64,000 nucleotides of DNA from Styela clava (Eukaryota). Below the pieces are notes generated by a model. That model was given only the letters and a program-made list of their open reading frames with translations. It did not search any database and had not been told where the DNA came from. This document shows, one piece after another, positions 51,234 through 64,000 of the stretch. Location: positions 9,796,001 to 9,860,000 of the forward strand of contig NC_135261.1 of assembly GCF_964204865.1 (NCBI RefSeq), in the 5' to 3' direction. Both the position numbers and the translations under genes were made by a program. Position 1 is the stretch's first letter, and the number at the start of each line of letters is the position of its first letter.

Positions 51234-53587
51234 TGCGAAACTTTTTACAGACGTAAAAAATTTAGTAAATTTGAAACTATAATTGTGAATTAAGAAGGGC
51301 TTGAACTCACTCAAATCTCAATTAACGTTTAAATCGATTGTGAGATGCAAAATTTTTAAGAACTGGATTTCTTTTGTATTATTAAACTTGTTTTAGAAAA
51401 TGTATGTCATTACGTAATTAACATCAACATGACATGCTTCACATAAACCTAACACATAACTTTCAAAATGCCATTTATTACTCTAGTCTTCAGCTGTGGT
51501 GCATGTTACCCATTTACTTGGTCGTCTAATACCCCCTGAACTCACCACTGGGTATAATGATAGAACGACTATATTTAAATGAAATTTACGCCTAACATAG
51601 ATTGATAATGATAGTGATAAAAAAGGATTAATGATCTACAAATAATCCTAAAATAGTAAATTTAATTTTTTTATTTAATTACGCCAGTGTGCTTTTATAT
51701 ACCTTATATAGAAGCGTAATTGAATATTTATTGTGCATAATGTTTGAAACAGAGTAAATTCTTCTGATGCAGAAAATGGGAATATTCACTTGAAATAGCA
51801 ATGAAGTTAGAGCTGAAATTACATTTTTGTTCTGTTAGGATATTTATTTGATTTTTTCGTGAAGCTTGTTTTAGTTTTTTTTGCTGAATTTGTCATATTT
51901 TGTTGCCATCGTGGTAAGATATTTTTATCTTGTGGAAATGTCTATGGTAATAAAACAGCAGACAAAGATAATGAAGCGTTTAAGTAAATATAAACTTATA
52001 TAGAGAATGATTTTTAATCATTTATAACCATTTAACTTCATTGTAGCATATTTAAGCATTAAATTACTCTGTCTGTGATACAACTTCTCCAAGTGTCTTT
52101 GATTTCTAATTTTTGTTTGAGCCACATAGGACAAAAGCTCTCACTGTTAATTCTTGTTGTTTGAAAAAGAATGAAAATTTATCGATTTATATTAAAAATC
52201 AAGCATACATAGCTGCTATTTTGCGTTATGTCTAAACATCGTTCGTTTGCATTTATTATTATGTAGCGACAGGCCGCAACTGGCACATCCTGTAATTGTG
52301 TTAACCGGTAAAACAATTTTTGATGACACCGCTTTTAATAGAAGTACTAGGAAGCAATGTCTTAAGCATGCTTGAATAGCCATTGATACTTGATGCTAAG
52401 AAAGTAATCGAAGTGCTAATTCTTGAAATAAATGAAACAAAACTGGAGTCATTCGAAGAAAAGTACAATTTATTTCCGACGGTCAACACCATTGAATGAA
52501 GATTTTGTTTCTATTCATTTCCAAAAACTTTGTTTGATGTTTTTATGACATAACATAAACAGAAAACCAATTTTTATAATAAATTGTGTGCTGTTCCCTT
52601 GCTAGAATTACCATACCCTTGAATATGTGTATTTTATGACTATGTCCTCATAAAATGACAAATATATCAAATATTTTTGTGAATTTACGGACGCAAAATA
52701 CCTAATTATAATTATTTGAGGATGTTTGATTATTTCGAAATAGCAAGGGCAACTGTATGTGATGGGTGGGAAGAATTGTGATTATTTTCGAATTATCAAT
52801 TTGGAATTGTGGCGGCACAATTGCTTAAGTTCCCAAGTTAAATATTTCCGTAAATATTACATCTTTGAATTTAATAGTTGGAGAAATTTTGGATGCTAGA
52901 TTTAGTTATATAGACATCTCGCTATTATGAATTAGCATGAAAATTATCATTATTATTGATATGGATTCGTCATTTTAAATTTGAACTTCAATTTTTTTTT
53001 TGTGATTTGTTATGTACCAGCTTTATGCTGGGTTTAATTGTGTAATTGAGTCTTTGAAAATAAAATTCGTATGGAGTGAAATTCTAGTCGAGTAAAATGG
53101 AAAATATAAGAAATTTAGTATAAATATAGGTGTAGTATGAAGTCTAGCAAGTTTGACTTTCTAGCTCTCATTAATGGATTCATCTGACGACAAGGAAAAT
53201 TCTGATAATACATCATGTAATAGGTAAGATCTCAATTTTAATTGATGAATTATTTCTGTTTTTTTACAGACTTAAAAAAATTTCACAACCAGATATTGGG
53301 CCTTTTTAGATCTTCGGGGGACTGTTCTTTACCATTTTTGTTCTGTTTATGATTTGCCAGTAACTTATTAAAAGCTTCATTCACTCTCTAGCCTATTTTT
53401 TATTTGCGCGAATTTTATGTTTGTTATTTCACAATTTATTTTGGTGTCTAATCAGAATGTTGGTGGTGTTTCTGATTTCTTTGATTTTGCATGTTCTCAT
53501 TGAGTCATATAATTTTTCTAATCTAAATTTAATTTATTTTTTTATTCTAAAATTTTGATAACAATTTCTGTAATGATTGTTTTTTAG

Positions 53588-54795
53588 CCTCCACTACCTT
53601 CTTTGACACCAGAAATTAAGGTAAGATACTTATAAAAACTCTATATTTACCTGTTAATTCTGGTTTCAACAAGGATTTCAGGTCGAAGCATGGTTTTTGA
53701 TCATTTCGAAACCTGAATTGTATGTTTAATATTTCCATACTCTTGAAATTTAAAGATATTTCAGACTTCTAGACATAGAATAGGAGAACAAAAGTGTAGA
53801 GTGTATCAATATATGTATTGATAGAGGCCACCGCAATTCTGTGTGGAAGGAATAATTCTTGCTACCTACTGCCTAAAGATGTACAGTTAACGGTTTATTT
53901 CCTTCATCAGATTTCCATTTTTTTCGTGAATTAGTGACTTAAATTTTTTGATACTTCCCTAGTGTGTGTACCAGGTTAGGTGTAGGGCATAATTTTATTC
54001 TGATTTTCCTTCCATTACAAATTCGGGGACTGTCTGTGTTAGACAAGTGAATATACCCCCTGCAAGGTTTTCTCTAAGGGGCGCCATTGCGCAGTATCAC
54101 CAGGCCACTTGCACAGTAAGATCCAAATCCCGCACACTTGTAACATAGGTTTGCAGAGCCTGGCTTGTTATATTTTCGCCTAGCTAGAATGCTCGTTTCG
54201 TGTTTTTGAGTTAAATGTGAACTTTGTTCGCATTCTGATAAGATATTATACTATTGCTAAACTTTATTTGGTTTGTAAATCATTTAGGACTCTGCTCAGC
54301 TTTAAGGTATTCATGCTCATCAAAACTAACATTTGCTCAGTGTAGCATTTTCTTAGTGAAAACACTGACTCCATTGCCCATAAGTTTTAGTCCTATTTTA
54401 CATCTTGATGTAAAGTAGGCGAACAAAATTAGTTACCCCATATTATATTGGTACACACACTTCTGGAGCGTCAATTTTTTGCATATTTGATGAAAGAATT
54501 CATCATCTCGGACATCATGCAGATATTTCTAATAGGAAACATATACCAAATCCTCCCTCATATCTCAAGGCTTGCAATTTCTTGAAATTTTCATTCTATT
54601 AATCAGGAACATCTCAAGAAGCAAGGTCGTGATCCTGATGAAATAGAGAAGCAAGCACAAGATCAATTCTTGAAACAACAAAAGGAGGCAACAAAAGATA
54701 AACCAAAACTCACAACTGCTAAATCAGTTTTCAAGAATCTGATGCCGAGTGAACGCCGTTATACACTCATGGATCGGGTTAAAGATGAACTGTGA
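53588..54795 (+). CDS. ERP44: ERp44 alternative 3' exons (isoform B): micro-exon 53588-53620 plus terminal exon 54607-54795; full isoform about 439 aa
   Basis: tttttag|PPLPSLTPEIK|gtaaga (33 nt, phase 0-0), then aatcag|EHLKKQGRDPDEIEKQAQDQFLKQQKEATKDKPKLTTAKSVFKNLMPSERRYTLMDRVKDEL*. Phase 0 matches the donor at 49575. Not shown in the ORF track. Confidence 0.85.
53950..54472. mobile_element. Interspersed repeat copy with a nested TIR element (54063-54367)
   Basis: The family sequence ...GAATATACCCCCTG / CCCATA.GTTTTAGTCC...CTTCTGGAGCG is split by an insert with imperfect TIRs CAAGGTTTTCTCTAAG / CTTAGTGAAAACACTG. Confidence 0.65.
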
Positions 54796-57719
54796 TTACA
54801 TAGAGATGTGTAGTTAAGAATTCTGTTTTTTTTTAGTTAAATGAAGCCAGTTTTTAGTTTTTATTGACAAAATTAAACATGTGATTTTTAGTTGGCTTTC
54901 AAGGAAATTTTATTTGGTGCAATTTTTGGAAATTTTTTTTCTGGTCAATAGAATATGCTTTCACTGTTGGTCTGTTATAAAAGGCTTTGTTTACGCTGCC
55001 TTTTAGGAAATGAAGATATTCTATAAAATTATCATTTCTAGTATCAGTATGACTGAAATGACATACAGGGATGTCCATATCCCAAAATTACATCATTCTA
55101 AAATTGTATTTCATTTTGACTGTTCGGAAATTCTTGAAAAAAAAACAGTTCTGTAGCAAATCAATATATTTTGAGTGGGCTTTAAACTTTTTGCTGCATG
55201 AAATTTGACCCAAATTGTGTTTTTAGTATGAAAATGAGTAGACAAAATATTTTAATCAAATCGTGAAGAAAATTACAGGATTTTTAATATCTTTGTTTCG
55301 TGCATATTAATCATTGTTATCTCCAACTTTTTTTAGACAATGTAAATTAGTGTCTTAAAATATTTCAATGAAGCAAATGTTGTTTCGAACATCTTTGTCT
55401 CGATGTGCAATCAAAATTCACAAATGTTGAGGTGAATTTCATTATAAAATCATTTCACTTTGAAGCCAAGATTCCCCTGAAGATTTTTTAGTTTGTGTAT
55501 GAGATTTGCAAGACATAAACTCTTCTGTGCATAGTCTGCTTTCTGAAGATAATTGCCTAAATTATGTAACTCCTGGTCATTAATTTTACATTTTATTTGA
55601 ATCCCTTTGAATGAACTTGGCATCACTATTATTACTCGACTGATCACTAATACTCAAAGACTTATGGTTGTTAATTTTTGTGCTACAAGAACCTGAACCT
55701 GAATCAATGTTATCGGTGATATTTGCTGTTGCTGCATCGTATATGCTTTCTTTGATCTCCATAAATTGCTTTGAATTGTCATTTGTTAATGCTGTAAGAA
55801 GAAATTTCTTTAAAAATAGTTTTTCTGAGAAAATATGATGAAAGTAGGCCAAACATGCTCTTTTATTTCTTCTTGGTAGGTTGATGAATCGTGAAAATCA
55901 GGAATTTTGAGGAATAAAATATGGTTATTAAAAAGTATGCATTCTTTTTATCTGATTACTGCGGTAATGGAAGAGAATTCGGTATTTTACTGGAATGTGT
56001 TATAGTGGCAAATATCCCGATGTTGGGATGAAACGAAAGTACAAATCTCCGGCGAAGTTGATACTTGTGATTGTGAAACTGAGTAAAATCGCTGTAATTA
56101 TCTCGCCCTTATAATTTTTTCACGATCTACGAGAAGTTATAGGAAGCGTTATCCTGAACCAAGGCTGCAAACCAACTAGCGCTAGGGAGAGCGATGTATG
56201 CCCCTGTAAAATCTTCACTTGAGTTCGTCGGTGCAACGAGGCTATCGAGACGATTATATTCCTCCTTCGACGGAAGACTTTCGACGACTGATGCCAAATC
56301 TCCGTAAAATGTGTTGGTGGGACTTTCAATTTTGGAAGCCATTACGTGAAGCCTAGTAACGACTGTATCATGACATTATTTATTATATGGTGTTTGTGTG
56401 CAGATGACTAATAAGTATGAAATCATTGAAATGACTATGGGCGAAGTGATCCCACGTGCTAAAAAGAGCCAAAATGACAAATAAAACAAGCATAATGTTG
56501 GAAAAATGAAATATGTTAGCTGAATTATAATGATATTGAGTATGTTTAGTGTCTGAAATCATACTATGGAACCATTTTATGAGCGTGTTTTATAACACCG
56601 CACCGAACTGGGCTCTGAACGAACCGTCACTGATATGTAGAAAACTATTAGATCCTGAGAGGCCGCATAGCTTCGCTATTAACTATTCTAATTTATATTA
56701 CACCCTGGGTGAGGCTATCTTAAGTGTATGTTTTTTTTAACATGACTCACAAGCAGGCGACACCGAGATAATTAGGTCTGACGTGATAATCACTTGAGCT
56801 ATTTCATAATCAGGTGACTCAGAAAATTGGGAGTTTTGAAACCGACCATAAGCGGTGAAGTTAGCCAATTGTATAAAAACGATATCAGTATACATCGTAT
56901 TCCATTCACTTTTCATGTAAAATGATGACACATAAGATCAGTGTACTGGGTATTGACGAATTGAAGCTACAAATACCTCAACCACCAACTGAGGGTTCAA
57001 TAAATTAGGAAAGATTGTTCCATGGTAAAGATCCCAATCACTCAAGAAATTCTGCAACCCTGCTCGTTTATTTATTTGGCCTGTTCTTGAGTGTGCACCT
57101 AAAAATATTCCGCTTAATTGATAAAATAATAGAGAATACATAGTTTTTTTTTTTTTTTTTTTTGTATATATTTATTAATATATAAAACACGGTTGATCGG
57201 TACATCTACAACATTATTAATCTCTAATCATGGACAAAGGTGCCGCTGCTCGATAACCACCACTGATTTCCCGCGTCCTTTTCATCCTGTAATATGGCCT
57301 ATTTATAATTCATTGCCATTTGCATGTTTGCGCCTATTTAAACTATGGTTATATATAAACTACTTATTAGTGTTTATAGTGTTCGCATTCAGGCTATTTC
57401 TAGACAATATATACAACACGTATCAGCATTTCAGACCTTTACTTACCCGATTAATCAGGGAATACCCTACGAGTTATCCGATGGGATGGGATTTTCAAAC
57501 CTGTATCGGTACACTTTATTCTTAAAACATAACTTCCGAGTTTCCAAATTAAATTAGATGACGAATCTTGGGTGTCGCTGCTCGATAACCAAATTTGGTT
57601 CCCCGCGGCTTCCCTTCCCCAGTAAAAATGTGTGTTAAATTTTGTTTATCTTTTGATTTTGTATGTTATTTTTTTGCTGGTTGGAAAAAATAAAATTGAC
57701 TATGACTATGACAATACAC

Positions 57720-58920
57720 AATTCATCATATGAAATAATCAGTAAATGTATCATAAAATTTTCCATTTTTGATCATGTTTCTTCATTTTGCCATTTTTAT
57801 ATGCAATGAACCGTTCAATTTCCCTCGCTTCATACAGATATGAGGTAAAAACATTAAACAGTGGTTTCTTTTTCTGTATCTTACAACGATATAGATAAAA
57901 CCGGGCAGCAAGAAGTATACATTTACACAATTTGTTATAAAAATTACAAACATATCCCAACATGCAATCTCTCTTTGAAAAGTTAAAATTAATCCCTGCT
58001 TTTGAGTATATATATCCAGATGTTTAGAGTTTCCCAAAACTGTTGAACAACTATACATTCATAGAAAAGTTAGCTGGTAGTTTCAACATTAGAATGACAG
58101 AAATCACATGACTCTGATAAAACAAGTTTAAATTTATACAATCTATCGTTTAGTACTATGGCACCATGGAACATTTTTACATGAAAAGATTGCAATTTGG
58201 TTTCAATAGTACAATAAAAGATATCCATATACAATTTATTCCAATTAAAATCACTCTCTAAAAAAATAAGATCTGCCGATTTTTTCCTTGATTTATCAGG
58301 GGATATAAATTTGGTCAGATTCAACCTTTCATAGATACTTTTATTTACTTTTTCTGATTCGGATGTTTCAGAAATAAAATGAGATACATTATTCTCGGGG
58401 TCACTTAATACACTAATACAGTTTCCAATATTGCATAACCAATCGTCAGGTAAAACTCCTGTGATGCGATATTAATTTACATACTCTACATTACTATATT
58501 GCATGCTATATTTTTCAGTTAACTCTCTATAAGTAAACAGATTACCCACATTTGCTAAGTGTCTAGCTGCTTTTATACCATGATCATACCAAGACTTGAT
58601 AAAAAATTGTTTTCTGGCGTAAGAAATACTTTTGTTGTACCATATGGGTTGATCAAAATTTGACGTTTTCCAATCAAAAAGCACATTTTTACAGAAATAC
58701 CAGTTCTTTAATATATTTCGTATGGATGTTAAAGGTAAATGTTTCACAACCTACGAATTTGAGCTCAATTTTCCTTCAAGCATTGCTTGAAAACAGTATT
58801 GGTCACGCTCTTCCATCTCAATCAATTTCCACACTGGGTTAACGTCCTCATTCAAGAGTGTTTGAATGTATTTCATTTTCTGGGCAACAATAAAAATTTT
58901 CATATCTAACATATTAATAC
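57720..58920 (-). mobile_element. L1/Tx1-like non-LTR retrotransposon, 3' ORF2 remnant
   Basis: Broken frames encode QPIWYNKSI, KSWYDHGI, ETKLQSFHVKMFH, zinc-finger start CDFCHSNVET, ILLAARFYLYRCK and a terminal KWKIL. Confidence 0.75.
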
Positions 58921-61900
58921 ATAGTTCTTCGATAAAAGTTATTTCTTAATTTGAAGGATCTACAATGATATAGAAATAAAAGTATTTCCTAGTTGGCGGT
59001 ATGGTCATGCATATAATCTTCGGTTTTACTATGGGTGTGCAATGTTGTCTAATCATTAGGGTTGGGTGTATAGTTCATCGGTTAATTGTTATTGAATGGC
59101 TATAGGTACAAGTAATGTTGAGTCCGTTTTCATAAACTATTTAGCACATATTCCTTTCGTGATATTTATTTCAACATAATATCACTAATTGACTTGTATG
59201 TCTTTTATTAAACGGAGTAACTAGTTACTACTACATTTTAATCCTCGTATAATTTTGACCAACGCTAAGACAAGTTCATATAAATGAAATAGTAACCTAA
59301 CAGAACTAATTTTTACGTAAAATTCCGTACGTTTACGATGATTTACGTAAATTGCGTTGATTTTGTTTTATATTGTATCTTTGACATCAACACCTTCAGT
59401 TGGTTATTGGTTTTCCCTCCAACAGGATTCTATGGAGGCATCTAGCTAATCGTATGGTTATGATAAATCATCAGTTTTAGTTGGGCACAATCTACTAAAT
59501 TGATTTCATCCTGACTATGAGACGATGGGCTATGACTGGGCCAAACACGGACGAAGTTGTGAGCCCAATAATAAAAACTGAAAAGGGTTTCTAGATCAGC
59601 TAAACTACAGTATCGACAGAGTGCAATTATAAAATGACAATAATTTATATATATGCATTTACATATTTCTGATATGTGATCGCAATCAAAGATGTGTGTC
59701 TGAGTCATATTGAAACAATCCTACCACCCGACTTCTTGCCAATTAGATAATGTAGCGTTAGTTATTGGTTTTGCCACAGTCCAATACATATAGGGTTGAC
59801 AGATACTTGATCCCCAGGGCTAGGTCACACTTGGAGTTACCGTTACTCGAGGACAGACAACTCGTAAGCATCTTTAGAAACATACATGACGTTATGTTGC
59901 AAATTAATTCAATGCAATAGAATAATTGATATTCAATTGCGCGACATTTGAGAGTGAAATTCACCAAATTAGGATATGTTTCGTTTTTCTGAATTGAATC
60001 TAATTTTATGATCTGGTACATCGGGCGTTTTGGAAATATGAACATCGGAACAATGAAATTTCTATAATATATTTGACCTGGAAAGTCCACAGGATACTAA
60101 TTGAAGATTTTAAAATATAAGGCACATTTTATGTCGATCTGTCTTAGAGAAATACTCTGTACAGGCTAACACTTGGAAGTTTGTGATTACCGGGCAATAA
60201 GATTAAAATCTTTTTACTCTTTTCCGCAGCATACCGGTATTCGAATTTCTACATATCGTGTACAAGAGTAGGATTGGGTAGGACAATTTACTGATTGCTC
60301 CGGACTCGAACCTACCTAGGTAATATTGTCAAAAAATAACCCGTCAAAGGCTGTATATTTTCTATAAATAAAATCTACCATAAAAATTTAATATTATCCT
60401 TTTGTTTCTATCAGTTTTGACTATTAAGTAGCTAAAATCCATTTTCCTCCATAACTGGTCAAATCAATCGAATTTCGAGCAATCATATTCTATTCTATAT
60501 TGAACTCTTCGGTAAGGGTTTTCTAACTAATTTAAAACCTCATAATTATTGCTCCGTGGTAATTATATTCAAGAATATGTACAGTACATCGATTTACAAC
60601 ACTTAAATATAGGCTACCGGAGTCATTAATTAATCATTTTATCCCATGCGTAATAGAAGATCATTCCTTTATACAGTTTACATGATCCCGTTTGGGCATA
60701 AAGCAACAGTTGCAAGATTTGATCAGGTGACGTAAATTTCCACTAGTAAATTTTTATTGTGTTTGCTCATTTGGTTTTGAATTGTTCAATTGAGTAGCTC
60801 GAGTTACACTGTTACAGTGAGTTATATCATTCTTACATCATAATATCTTTATGCCTATGCCATTTTATATGATATATTATTTTTCGCAAGCGCGTGTCGT
60901 GTGAATATGTCTCTTATATGATCATGAACCATCTCACCGAAAGACATAGACTGCCATTTTTCTTCGCTCTCGCAAATTTATTCTTTATTTTCTCTCCTAC
61001 CTGCCAGGGTTGTTTTTATCGGCCTGTACGGCCACAGGTGTCTATTTACGCTCAGTGGAACGTCGCCTTATTCACCGCGAGGCGAAACGTGTACGGACGT
61101 TTAGGCTTTTGCTGTGGCAGGACTAGGGTTTGTGTTATTATTCTGTATTTCACGTATGACGTCAAGGTAGATTTATGACGTAAAGTCGCAAAAAATCGTG
61201 GTTTATACCGTGTCGTTCGCAACCGATCGCCGCTTCTGTTAAAGCTGGATTTAGGTGGTAATCTTGAATTATTTATATCTTAGGTTGAAGCAAGCTGTGA
61301 ATTCAGTACTTCCACTGTCAGTCAGAATAACGTAACAATACGATTTGGACAGTATTTGCAAAGAGGTAGCGATAAGAAAGTTTTTCAAACTTACGACAGG
61401 TAAAGAGTTCAAGGAAATTTGTGAGGCATAAGAATATATATATATATGTACAGTCATTAGAAATTTAGGTATGGCGTTGTTTATTTGTAAATAAATTTGG
61501 CTGCAAAATTGTGTATTTTATAAATATCTTATATTTGTCCGAAAGTTTTGTTGCTTTTTTCGCTGTCTTGAGACTAGAGACTTTCTTGAGAAACTTCCAA
61601 TTCTTCGCGATAAAATGGCTTTGCCAGACCGGACCCCGACGTTCGGATTTAGCTTCACGGTGTTGCTTCATTCTGTTTACATGTTATTTCTGATTCAATA
61701 ATATTATTGGTATTCTATAATTTCTAACTTGTATAAAAACCAATATTTTGAATAATGTTTGAGCAATAATGTAGAAACAAACCTATCTTCATATTTTTAG
61801 GTATATATAAAATATCAAATTATTTATAGAATATTTCGTTACTGAGGCGAAGTGATTGACGTAGCATATCTCAGATATTTTAGGGTCAGGATTATAATAC

Positions 61901-64000
61901 TGGGGCATTAAATTTGATAATGGAAGTTCCGAAGGTGTTAACTTGTAGAACGCTAAGTAGAAAGGGTCTAGTCAGTTCCTGTTCGAGTTATTATCTAAAC
62001 ACGACTGTGCCTGGTCGCTTTAGCAGCAAACGATTCGCGGAACATTACAATGGGACAACCCACTTCAAAAGCCCTCAATGACGTTCTTTGTGTTTGACAT
62101 GGTCCGGTGCTTGCGTAAATAACGTGTAGGTTATAAAGACTATAGAAAGTTTGGCTCGTTATATAACGCTCCAGATTTAATGCATTTTGTACAAAATTTA
62201 ATCACTTCTACCCCAAAAAACGGAATTTATGTTGACAAAGTTTTAAGATAACTATAAGTCCAATATAATTCCAGAGCTGAGGATATAAACTATTGAAGCG
62301 CCAAATACTCACACCTAATTACCATGACGAATTCGTTTCGTGTTAACCAGAATTGAATTGGAAGGTTGTCAGTCCTTGTTTTTATCCCCACTTGTGTATG
62401 TATAATGATCTTTGTGATAAAAAAAAAATAGGTGCAATAATTTCAAACGCTTTCAATTGCATTGATGAAGTGAAGCGATGAAATATGCATGACATAAAGT
62501 ATATGGTAACCATTAATGGACCTTTTAAAGTCTACCGAATCTTTACATCGATTTTGTGAAGGTTGAGAACCAGGTTGAACTTATATAGATGCAACGCTCA
62601 CTTCATAGTAGCAAGTAGTTCGTTTTGCAGAACTTTTTCAAGTAGCTATATACAATAATTTTATAGGATTGGGCAAAAGAATCTTCGAATCCGTATTGTT
62701 TGCTCCTTTATACGCCTTCTATCACTCCCCGCGCGATAAATTCAAAAATAAATGATATTATATTGAAGCAATACAACCGTGTACAGTATTCATGATAGAA
62801 AATATGAGATACTCCTTGCAACTTTTTAATGGGTACCAACATGATAATCAGTGGTCTAATCACTACTGTATATCAGTAACCTAACAGATTTTTTCACTGC
62901 GATTAGCTGGTTTAGTTCGATATCATTCAAATATATTTGTCTTTCGATATCGGAACCTCCTGCCTCGCTCCCGTGATAAAACAAACAACTTCAGTCGTTA
63001 ATGATTCATAAGATGTTCCACGATTTGTTGACTTTTATTGTTTCCCTGCAAAACGTTCATTGTTTGCAGACTTTATTGGTCCTTTGCTTTTATTATCCTC
63101 AAGGTTTTGTCAGGGATTGTTTCCTGCCCCTCTTTCCGGCAGTAAATCTAATAAACGATATATGGTCCGGTGTCTCTAAAGCATTGCATTCAAGATTGTT
63201 CCAACTTCTGCAATGCTTTATAAGTGTTCGTAAAGCAATGCACTTTGTCAGATTTACATCTATAACTGTCGCTAGCGTTTAAAATTGGCTATGATTTCTC
63301 ACATCTTAATCAAGGTTTCAAATGCGTCCATACCTGGCGCATAATAGTGTATCTGAAATGTGAATTATTCAAACTTCCTACCGCTTTACTCAAGCCGTAT
63401 ACATACTCAATTAAGCTGTCATCTCCCTGTCTTCTTGATATTCTAGACTTCCTCTGTGCATATAAGTTATATGTTCTATCTGAATGTGTAAAACCTTACT
63501 TGCTGTAGAGGCTCTCCGATTAAGTGTTCGAAACGGTCGTTCACTCGCTTCAATACGGATTAAATGTAACGCAAATGCTGTACAGAATTGAATTGTGTAG
63601 AAGCATATTTTATAAACTTCAACAATATTCTATAAATTAAACGCATTGACTCAATTGCGAATTCGGCAGAAAAAAACTTTCTCATATTTAAATTAAGAAA
63701 ATCACGATGAGATTTTTTGGAAGAAGAATAATAGGATTATTATATTAGAAGCGCACTTCTCATAAACTTTTTATGAACTTTATATATTATACAATCATAT
63801 AATCCCAATTTCACGGCGTCAATTTTATTGTTAACATGCGGTGTTATGCTAGTTTTCTTCAGTGTTACACCAGTTCAGTTGTGGGTTCAAACCAACAGTG
63901 AGTTTCTCTACCTAGATTCTTGCTCCTCTGATACCACTGATTCGAAAGGCTTAGGTGTATCAACCAGTAAACTGATCTACTTTTTTCAAAAACAAAATCA

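Noticed and set aside
59400-64000. Scattered ORFs and splice-like sites at the right end
   Set aside because: Candidate introns would be only about 20 nt, frames are interrupted and no motif is recognisable, so no gene model is supportable.

Overview
Eukaryotic, AT-rich, intron-containing genomic DNA from an invertebrate-like animal; a basal chordate such as an ascidian is my guess from gene content and repeat style and cannot be proven from the window. The ORF track misses most genes because they are spliced, so I assembled exons by hand using GT-AG junctions and phase checks. Left to right: (1) an 8-exon bHLH gene whose basic region and helix 2 resemble the meiotic gatekeeper STRA8 (965-6208,+); (2) an 11-exon non-alpha nicotinic acetylcholine receptor-type subunit with a degenerate agonist site, an acidic loop C and a GLIC-like His at M2 11' (7762-13253,+); (3) two tandem, divergent ApoD-like lipocalin genes on the minus strand (17261-20057, frameshifted in the signal peptide; 29372-31562, intact), separated by (4) a young BEL/Pao LTR retrotransposon with apparently identical 833-bp LTRs, a GGTGG TSD and an internal deletion of RNase H and the integrase N-terminus; (5) a deleted CR1/L2-group LINE with a nested hAT MITE and a 3x147-bp in-frame repeat; (6) ERp44 (38904-54795,+) with two alternative duplicated terminal exons, each encoding its own KDEL-ending regulatory C-tail, downstream of a duplicated 5' region carrying a Foldback-like element; (7) an L1/Tx1-like remnant and several MITEs/SINEs. 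I saw no rRNA, tRNA or CRISPR features. Family assignments rest on motifs recalled from memory, not on database searches.
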